Assembly (NCBI GenBank): GCA_000004985.1
Contig: GG739153.1
Direction: 5' to 3' (one strand)
DNA length: 6,227 nt
Source of the DNA: Naegleria gruberi
Taxonomy: Eukaryota
This document shows, piece after piece, positions 1 through 6,227 of this stretch; the first letter of the stretch is position 1, and the number at the start of each line of letters is the position of its first letter. A model generated the notes under the pieces. The model did not search any database. It worked only from the letters and a program-made list of their open reading frames with translations, and was not told the origin of the DNA. The translations under genes and the position numbers were made by a program.

Positions 1-97
1 GAAATTCATCCAATAAGAGAAAAAGAAATATGAAAGAAAATGGATCAAAGAAAAGAAAAGTTCAACAATCACCAAAGAAATTAATTACTCTGATAAT

Positions 98-475
98 TTG
101 AAAGAAATACTTCAAGAATATGAAATTAATGGTAAAATTGCTACGAAAATAAGAAATGATGATAAGGTAGCTCTCTATTTTAAACTTGATAATGGGTTTT
201 TAAAGATAATTCACTATTTTGATAATAGTTCAGAGAATGTGAAAGGCATGCAAATTATCAAATCCATTCAGCATGACAATATTAATCAGATTTTTCAATT
301 TAAGAAACTGTCCATAACTAGCTCACAATTAGATGAATTGTTTTTTGAAAACATTTCAGTTACAACCAAATCAGAACCAACAATATTTGATAGAGGATGG
401 ATTATCGTTGAGAATAAATTTCAACACTTCCACATAGGTTCCACAACAGTCAATCACTCGAACAGTATTCAATAA
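98..475 (+). CDS. Protein-kinase-like domain, N-lobe segment (partial). Reading frame 2 is open from position 14, with no in-frame ATG before residue ~50.
   Basis: Seen in sequence: the translation contains KVALYFKL (beta3-like, with the Lys replaced), ENVKGMQIIKSIQHDNINQIF (alphaC / HPN-like region) and a beta4-beta5-like stretch. This fits the N-lobe of the kinase fold whose C-lobe follows at 535-1164. The frame ends at TAA 473-475. Confidence 0.6.
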   Translation: MKEILQEYEINGKIATKIRNDDKVALYFKLDNGFLKIIHYFDNSSENVKGMQIIKSIQHDNINQIFQFKKLSITSSQLDELFFENISVTTKSEPTIFDRGWIIVENKFQHFHIGSTTVNHSNSIQ

Positions 476-534
476 CATTTTCACAATTTGTTGGTGATAT
501 TATTACTTTCATTATTTACCTGAACCAAAAAGAT

Positions 535-1164
535 TTGAATACCAAATTATTATGTTTTATCAAGTTAATGATGGATGCTATTGAAGCAGTTAATATATTA
601 CATGAAAATAATATTATTCATTGTGATATTTCAATTAGAAATGTTGGCATGTTATTTACAAAACATGTCATGACATCATATGCCAAAGAAAAAAGCTCAA
701 TATTGGAAGCATTGCCAAATGTTTCAAACTGTAATTTCATTTTGATTGATTTCAATCATTGTAAAGTGGAAGGACAAGAACAAGCAACATTGAACATTTT
801 TCCAGAATGTAATTTTAAAAAAGAAAATATTTTCTTTCCATTTATATCAGAGGCATACTATCCTACAGATGAATTGGTTCAATTTACAAAAGAACATGAT
901 TATTATAGTATTGCTTTAGTTTTGTCACAATTATTTTTGGCAATTGTTTGTAATGTTTCAATTTCTGAAATATTTAAATGGGAAAATGGAAATTTAAAAG
1001 AATCAGTATTGAGCGAACTCAATAAGAAAATGAAGGAATTTAATAATTTTGATGTGATTATTCAATTGTTGAAGGATGTTATTGAGAATGAGGGTAAATC
1101 TGACATTTGCAATTTCACCAAAACATTCAATTTACTATATGAAAATGTTATTCAACCCAATTAA
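535..1164 (+). CDS. Protein-kinase-like domain, C-lobe (catalytic-loop, DFG-like and subdomain IX motifs). Likely a pseudokinase or atypical kinase. Reading frame 1 is actually open from position 418.
   Basis: Seen in sequence: LHENNIIHCDISIRNV corresponds to the HRDLKPEN catalytic loop, with Arg replaced by Cys and Lys replaced by Ser. ILIDFNHCK corresponds to DFG, present as DFN. IFPEC corresponds to APE. DYYSIALVLSQLF corresponds to DxWSxG (subdomain IX). TAA stop at 1162-1164. Confidence 0.7.
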   Translation: MNTKLLCFIKLMMDAIEAVNILHENNIIHCDISIRNVGMLFTKHVMTSYAKEKSSILEALPNVSNCNFILIDFNHCKVEGQEQATLNIFPECNFKKENIFFPFISEAYYPTDELVQFTKEHDYYSIALVLSQLFLAIVCNVSISEIFKWENGNLKESVLSELNKKMKEFNNFDVIIQLLKDVIENEGKSDICNFTKTFNLLYENVIQPN

Positions 1165-1236
1165 GGATAAAAACTAGTAGTAAAGTATACATCATTGTTG
1201 CAACAAATTTTGTTATGATATAATGTGTGAGTATTA

Positions 1237-1242
1237 TTTATT
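1237..1242 (-). promoter_or_regulatory. AATAAA hexamer overlapping the TAA stop of the Rac-like gene; possible polyadenylation signal.
   Basis: The minus-strand sequence reads caATAAATAata. The hexamer overlaps the stop codon. Function is inferred only; such hexamers are common by chance in AT-rich DNA. Confidence 0.25.
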
Positions 1243-1303
1243 GAATGAAACATTTCTTCTTTTCATCATCAATTTCCGAATCAAATTGTGAATCTTCATC
1301 AGC
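1238..1303 (-). CDS. Probable last exon (3' end) of the same Rac-like GTPase: ...ADEDSQFDSEIDDEKKKCFIQ*, a basic patch plus CAAX box (CFIQ) followed by a TAA stop.
   Basis: Seen in sequence: the reverse-complement translation ends KKKCFIQ-TAA, i.e. Cys at position -4 followed by a stop. This is the hallmark prenylation signal of Rho/Ras GTPases. Same strand, downstream of exons 1-3 across the gap. Linkage to the same gene is inferred, not seen. Confidence 0.55.
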   Translation of the reverse strand, partial: ADEDSQFDSEIDDEKKKCFIQ

Positions 1304-2733
1304 NNNNNNNNNNNNNNNNNNNNNNNNNNNNNNNNNNNNNNNNNNNNNNNNNNNNNNNNNNNNNNNNNNNNNNNNNNNNNNNNNNNNNNNNNNNNNNNNN
1401 NNNNNNNNNNNNNNNNNNNNNNNNNNNNNNNNNNNNNNNNNNNNNNNNNNNNNNNNNNNNNNNNNNNNNNNNNNNNNNNNNNNNNNNNNNNNNNNNNNNN
1501 NNNNNNNNNNNNNNNNNNNNNNNNNNNNNNNNNNNNNNNNNNNNNNNNNNNNNNNNNNNNNNNNNNNNNNNNNNNNNNNNNNNNNNNNNNNNNNNNNNNN
1601 NNNNNNNNNNNNNNNNNNNNNNNNNNNNNNNNNNNNNNNNNNNNNNNNNNNNNNNNNNNNNNNNNNNNNNNNNNNNNNNNNNNNNNNNNNNNNNNNNNNN
1701 NNNNNNNNNNNNNNNNNNNNNNNNNNNNNNNNNNNNNNNNNNNNNNNNNNNNNNNNNNNNNNNNNNNNNNNNNNNNNNNNNNNNNNNNNNNNNNNNNNNN
1801 NNNNNNNNNNNNNNNNNNNNNNNNNNNNNNNNNNNNNNNNNNNNNNNNNNNNNNNNNNNNNNNNNNNNNNNNNNNNNNNNNNNNNNNNNNNNNNNNNNNN
1901 NNNNNNNNNNNNNNNNNNNNNNNNNNNNNNNNNNNNNNNNNNNNNNNNNNNNNNNNNNNNNNNNNNNNNNNNNNNNNNNNNNNNNNNNNNNNNNNNNNNN
2001 NNNNNNNNNNNNNNNNNNNNNNNNNNNNNNNNNNNNNNNNNNNNNNNNNNNNNNNNNNNNNNNNNNNNNNNNNNNNNNNNNNNNNNNNNNNNNNNNNNNN
2101 NNNNNNNNNNNNNNNNNNNNNNNNNNNNNNNNNNNNNNNNNNNNNNNNNNNNNNNNNNNNNNNNNNNNNNNNNNNNNNNNNNNNNNNNNNNNNNNNNNNN
2201 NNNNNNNNNNNNNNNNNNNNNNNNNNNNNNNNNNNNNNNNNNNNNNNNNNNNNNNNNNNNNNNNNNNNNNNNNNNNNNNNNNNNNNNNNNNNNNNNNNNN
2301 NNNNNNNNNNNNNNNNNNNNNNNNNNNNNNNNNNNNNNNNNNNNNNNNNNNNNNNNNNNNNNNNNNNNNNNNNNNNNNNNNNNNNNNNNNNNNNNNNNNN
2401 NNNNNNNNNNNNNNNNNNNNNNNNNNNNNNNNNNNNNNNNNNNNNNNNNNNNNNNNNNNNNNNNNNNNNNNNNNNNNNNNNNNNNNNNNNNNNNNNNNNN
2501 NNNNNNNNNNNNNNNNNNNNNNNNNNNNNNNNNNNNNNNNNNNNNNNNNNNNNNNNNNNNNNNNNNNNNNNNNNNNNNNNNNNNNNNNNNNNNNNNNNNN
2601 NNNNNNNNNNNNNNNNNNNNNNNNNNNNNNNNNNNNNNNNNNNNNNNNNNNNNNNNNNNNNNNNNNNNNNNNNNNNNNNNNNNNNNNNNNNNNNNNNNNN
2701 NNNNNNNNNNNNNNNNNNNNNNNNNNNNNNNNN
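1304..2733. other. Assembly gap (N-run, 1430 nt). It hides the middle and 3' exons of the Rac-like gene.
   Basis: Continuous N. The odd length suggests a scaffolder-estimated gap. Confidence 0.95.
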
Positions 2734-2748
2734 CACTGAAAAACATAC

Positions 2749-2803
2749 CAAACAAAGAAGACATCAGTTCCTGGATATGAAAGAGGTCTCAATCTGTCAT
2801 AAT
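2749..2803 (-). CDS. Rac-like GTPase exon 3: (D)YDRLRPLSYPGTDVFFV plus TG of a Cys codon. It is followed by a GTATGT donor at 2748-2743 and then the assembly gap.
   Basis: DYDRLRPLSYPGTDVF matches the Rho-family consensus DYDRLRPLSYPQTDVF. Splicing at TG|GTATGT gives the conserved Cys of the FLICFS motif, whereas read-through gives VWYVFQ. The remainder of the gene must lie in the N-run. Confidence 0.8.
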
Positions 2804-2852
2804 CTAGTCAATTGTCAAATTGTCACAATTATTAACAACAATTTCAACATAC
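2804..2852 (-). other. Spliceosomal intron 2 of the Rac-like gene, 49 nt, GTATGT...TAG.
   Basis: Removing it joins G|AT to give Asp and restores DYDRLRPLSYP directly after WDTAGQE, exactly as in Rac1/Cdc42/RhoA. The unspliced read-through hits stops. Confidence 0.85.
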
Positions 2853-2919
2853 CTTCTTGACCAGCAGTATCCCACAATCCAACATTATAATTTCTATTTC
2901 CATATGTCACATTAGCACT
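2853..2919 (-). CDS. Rac-like GTPase exon 2: [22 protein letters not shown], plus the first nucleotide of an Asp codon.
   Basis: Switch II / G3 motif WDTAGQE. It aligns to Rac1 [22 protein letters not shown] at the same length. The exon ends in phase 1 at a GTATGT donor. Confidence 0.9.
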
Positions 2920-2956
2920 CTTCCGAAATCAATTTAACTGTCATCAAATTACTTAC
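2920..2956 (-). other. Spliceosomal intron 1 of the Rac-like gene, 37 nt, GTAAGT...AAG.
   Basis: Reading through shifts the frame and hits TAA. Removing these 37 nt joins DNY to SANV exactly as in Rac1 (DNYSANV). The donor is the canonical GTAAGT. Confidence 0.8.
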
Positions 2957-3079
2957 GTAATTGTCAAAAACTGTTGGAACATAATCTTCGGGAAATGAAT
3001 TTGTGGTGGAGGCAATCAAAAGACAACTCTTTCCGACGGCGCCATCACCAACAACTACCAATTTCAAGCTATTGTCCAT
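2957..3079 (-). CDS. Rac-like Rho-family small GTPase, exon 1 (ATG at 3079-3077): [41 protein letters not shown].
   Basis: Hand translation of the reverse complement. P-loop GDGAVGKS (G1), effector region YVPTVFDNY and TTNSFP align without gaps to Rac1 [36 protein letters not shown]. The exon ends in phase 0 at a GTAAGT donor. Confidence 0.9.
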
Positions 3080-3659
3080 TATTATGTACACGTTGATGTG
3101 AGTTTGTTATTTTTTTTTGATTTTGTTTTCAAAGTACCATTGAACAAGGAACTCTTACAAAAATTTGATTAATGATTACTTTATTCAGATTTAAGATCAT
3201 AATTAAAATTCAAAAACAACTTTATTGGTAGGATAGTTTGTAAACTTCAATTTCTTCAACTTTTGCATTTCAACAAACTTTAAAAAAAATAGTCAACATT
3301 CTTCTACTCTAGGAGGACATGATGATTTTCGGAGTGGTTTTACATCATGAAACTACCAAACTTTCACAGCATCACATCAACATCATCTAAATAGTAGTAA
3401 TAGTAATAATTGTTTTTGGTGGATTATCATCATCATTTTGGAATTTATTTTTCATGATGGAAAATCACATGTTGGTGTTTAATCATCCGATCATTCACCT
3501 ACCATCATCAATGTTGTTTTACATTAAAATAATAATAGTATTTGTGGAAATTAATTTTTAGCAATATAATTTTGGAGTCCTTCTGAGTTCCAAATTTCTT
3601 CCTTTGTGGTAACAATTAATCAAAACTCAAACAAAATACCTTTAACTCTTCATCATATT

Positions 3660-5144
3660 NNNNNNNNNNNNNNNNNNNNNNNNNNNNNNNNNNNNNNNNN
3701 NNNNNNNNNNNNNNNNNNNNNNNNNNNNNNNNNNNNNNNNNNNNNNNNNNNNNNNNNNNNNNNNNNNNNNNNNNNNNNNNNNNNNNNNNNNNNNNNNNNN
3801 NNNNNNNNNNNNNNNNNNNNNNNNNNNNNNNNNNNNNNNNNNNNNNNNNNNNNNNNNNNNNNNNNNNNNNNNNNNNNNNNNNNNNNNNNNNNNNNNNNNN
3901 NNNNNNNNNNNNNNNNNNNNNNNNNNNNNNNNNNNNNNNNNNNNNNNNNNNNNNNNNNNNNNNNNNNNNNNNNNNNNNNNNNNNNNNNNNNNNNNNNNNN
4001 NNNNNNNNNNNNNNNNNNNNNNNNNNNNNNNNNNNNNNNNNNNNNNNNNNNNNNNNNNNNNNNNNNNNNNNNNNNNNNNNNNNNNNNNNNNNNNNNNNNN
4101 NNNNNNNNNNNNNNNNNNNNNNNNNNNNNNNNNNNNNNNNNNNNNNNNNNNNNNNNNNNNNNNNNNNNNNNNNNNNNNNNNNNNNNNNNNNNNNNNNNNN
4201 NNNNNNNNNNNNNNNNNNNNNNNNNNNNNNNNNNNNNNNNNNNNNNNNNNNNNNNNNNNNNNNNNNNNNNNNNNNNNNNNNNNNNNNNNNNNNNNNNNNN
4301 NNNNNNNNNNNNNNNNNNNNNNNNNNNNNNNNNNNNNNNNNNNNNNNNNNNNNNNNNNNNNNNNNNNNNNNNNNNNNNNNNNNNNNNNNNNNNNNNNNNN
4401 NNNNNNNNNNNNNNNNNNNNNNNNNNNNNNNNNNNNNNNNNNNNNNNNNNNNNNNNNNNNNNNNNNNNNNNNNNNNNNNNNNNNNNNNNNNNNNNNNNNN
4501 NNNNNNNNNNNNNNNNNNNNNNNNNNNNNNNNNNNNNNNNNNNNNNNNNNNNNNNNNNNNNNNNNNNNNNNNNNNNNNNNNNNNNNNNNNNNNNNNNNNN
4601 NNNNNNNNNNNNNNNNNNNNNNNNNNNNNNNNNNNNNNNNNNNNNNNNNNNNNNNNNNNNNNNNNNNNNNNNNNNNNNNNNNNNNNNNNNNNNNNNNNNN
4701 NNNNNNNNNNNNNNNNNNNNNNNNNNNNNNNNNNNNNNNNNNNNNNNNNNNNNNNNNNNNNNNNNNNNNNNNNNNNNNNNNNNNNNNNNNNNNNNNNNNN
4801 NNNNNNNNNNNNNNNNNNNNNNNNNNNNNNNNNNNNNNNNNNNNNNNNNNNNNNNNNNNNNNNNNNNNNNNNNNNNNNNNNNNNNNNNNNNNNNNNNNNN
4901 NNNNNNNNNNNNNNNNNNNNNNNNNNNNNNNNNNNNNNNNNNNNNNNNNNNNNNNNNNNNNNNNNNNNNNNNNNNNNNNNNNNNNNNNNNNNNNNNNNNN
5001 NNNNNNNNNNNNNNNNNNNNNNNNNNNNNNNNNNNNNNNNNNNNNNNNNNNNNNNNNNNNNNNNNNNNNNNNNNNNNNNNNNNNNNNNNNNNNNNNNNNN
5101 NNNNNNNNNNNNNNNNNNNNNNNNNNNNNNNNNNNNNNNNNNNN
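3660..5144. other. Assembly gap (N-run, 1485 nt).
   Basis: Continuous N. The flanking ORFs on the track are X-run artefacts. Confidence 0.95.
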
Positions 5145-5870
5145 ATCAATTGGGACAGTAGCTTGGCAGATATTCCAATTATATAGATATTAATTTCTAC
5201 CACTCAAATACGTTATCAATATCAATTATAAGAGTAGTGGTATGATATTCTATCTTGTAGCACATCTTGATATTGACTTGTCATATTGCCATGAGTAATA
5301 GCTGACATGGTTGAATGACATGAATATTGAATGATGTCAAAATGATATGAAATTGATAGGAGCCTCATCATATGATGTTAATAACATATGGTATCAATTT
5401 GGTAATGAATCTCATTGTCCTTAGGGTACTTCCCTATTGAGGTACCTTAATTGACTATCTCAATATTTAATATTTAATATGATATTTATTTCAGTTCTAT
5501 CATGTTATATATGTAATTTGAAGCATTTTGATATCATTTTTGATATTTAAATATGATTTATTAGATATTATATACAGCTACTCTTAGTTTTTCAAAATTG
5601 ACTTTGAGATTCCCTAATTGACCATATATATATGACCAATTGATGAAACTAATATCAATCGACTAGATTTTCAATTGTGAACACAATGGTATCAATAGTT
5701 ATATGATTCATGATAGTTTAAAATTGAGTTGGTCATCGGTCATTAAGGTTTGAATGAATTGATATGAAATTCAATACCAATTATTGAAATACCATGATAA
5801 ATTGATCTATATATGATGCTATAATTGAAAGATTTGAAAATTAATATGACTTGATTATCTTGACATTTAT

Positions 5871-5892
5871 AGGGTTTGGGGGTTGGGGTTGG
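5871..5892 (+). repeat. Telomere-like G/T-rich block AGGGTTTGGGGGTTGGGGTTGG.
   Basis: Seen in sequence: G-runs of 3, 5, 4 and 2 separated by TT/TTT, embedded in otherwise AT-rich DNA. It shares its first 10 nt (AGGGTTTGGG) with the block at 6044. Confidence 0.6.
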
Positions 5893-6043
5893 ATTAGAGT
5901 TGTTTTGATTTGTTACTTCGGTGGCACCATGGTCTTTATGATCTAATATAGAGTCTTTAAGTGATCTTGGGCTTTTGGAAAGGTTTTTCAGTAAAGTTTT
6001 AAAAAAAGTATATAATTTCTATCTAGATATCGAGATTTGGTGT

Positions 6044-6068
6044 AGGGTTTGGGTTGGTGGGGTTTGGG
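6044..6068 (+). repeat. Second telomere-like G/T-rich block AGGGTTTGGGTTGGTGGGGTTTGGG; a canonical G4 motif (GGG-N3-GGG-N5-GGGG-N3-GGG).
   Basis: Seen in sequence: four G-runs of at least 3 nt with loops of 7 nt or less. It begins with the same AGGGTTTGGG as the first block, about 170 bp away. Confidence 0.6.
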
Positions 6069-6227
6069 TGAGTTTTATACACTTTCATACAATAGAGTGA
6101 TATTGAAATGTACCCTTTGATATTTCTGGATGGGTAGTATGATTTGGTGATGATTCCGACAATAAAAATCATATATTGTTCATATAATTATCAAGATATT
6201 GTATAATTTATTAAATATAAAGTGGGT

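Noticed and set aside
30-98. Frame-3 ORF MKENGSKKRKVQQSPKKLITLII, considered as the true start exon of the kinase gene.
   Set aside because: No in-phase GT...AG pair could be found to join it to frame 2. It is kept only as a remark within the kinase finding.
473-1240. Alternative ciliate genetic code (TAA/TAG = Gln), suggested by the TTGGGG/TTTGGG-like repeats and the AT-richness.
   Set aside because: The Rac-like gene ends ...KKKCFIQ immediately followed by TAA. A CAAX box must be C-terminal, so TAA is a stop. Ciliates also generally lack Rho-family GTPases. The standard code is assumed.
2734-2748. GTATGTTTTTCAG read as a complete 13-nt intron, because it would neatly restore the Cys codon.
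   Set aside because: It is far below the minimum spliceosomal intron length. More likely the donor is real and the acceptor lies in the gap. Position 2734 onward is the gap edge.
1234-2792. Five 480-510-aa ORFs on both strands made almost entirely of X.
   Set aside because: They are artefacts of translating the N-run. Only their short real ends matter. Two of the minus-strand ends are genuine Rac exons, while the plus-strand ones are antisense noise.
3311-3321. AGGAGG immediately upstream of ATG, resembling a Shine-Dalgarno site.
   Set aside because: The context is eukaryotic (spliced Rac gene, kinase fold). The spacing is only 2 nt. It is a chance purine run.
3606-5203. ORFs 3606-5186 (+) and 3653-5203 (-) spanning the second N-run.
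   Set aside because: Both are X-run artefacts. The real flanking residues (MVTINQNSNKIPLTLHHI and INWDSSLADIPII) are too short to judge and have no recognisable motif.
5422-5436. Small hairpin TAGGG-tactt-CCCTA, with KpnI-like GGTACC nearby.
   Set aside because: The stem is only 5 bp, which is not distinguishable from chance.
5345-5768. 12-nt exact repeat TGATATGAAATT at about 5345 and about 5760.
   Set aside because: The rough expectation for one such match by chance in 1 kb of this composition is about 0.2. It is not compelling on its own, and is folded into the low-complexity finding.

Overview
This window looks like AT-rich (about 70% A+T) eukaryotic nuclear DNA from a draft assembly. 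The two N-runs (1304-2733 and 3660-5144) have odd lengths and are read as scaffold gaps, not biology. Every six-frame ORF with long X stretches is an artefact of those gaps. Two real genes are visible, arranged tail to tail.

On the + strand (about 14-1164) there is a divergent protein-kinase-like gene. Its N-lobe (98-475) and C-lobe (535-1164) lie in different reading frames. The degenerate catalytic motifs (no Gly loop, VALY in place of VAIK, HCD..SIRN, DFN) suggest a pseudokinase or a kinase-family pseudogene.

On the - strand there is a clear Rac-type Rho-family small GTPase. I reconstructed three 5' exons by hand (3079-2957, 2919-2853, 2803-2749), separated by very short canonical introns of 37 and 49 nt. 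The protein reads [41 protein letters not shown] / [22 protein letters not shown] / DYDRLRPLSYPGTDVFFVC. The gene then runs into the gap. The far side of the gap (1303-1238) carries a C-terminal ..DDEKKKCFIQ* that looks like the CAAX prenylation box of the same gene.

The two genes end only 73 bp apart. The last ~1.1 kb (5150-6227) is non-coding and G/T-skewed on the + strand. It is full of short TGA/TTGA/CAATTG words and carries two telomere-like G-rich blocks. The second block is a canonical G-quadruplex motif.

The CAAX box followed immediately by TAA argues for the standard genetic code, not a TAA=Gln ciliate code. I cannot assign an organism from sequence alone. No prokaryotic features, tRNA/rRNA, CRISPR or clear transposon are supportable.
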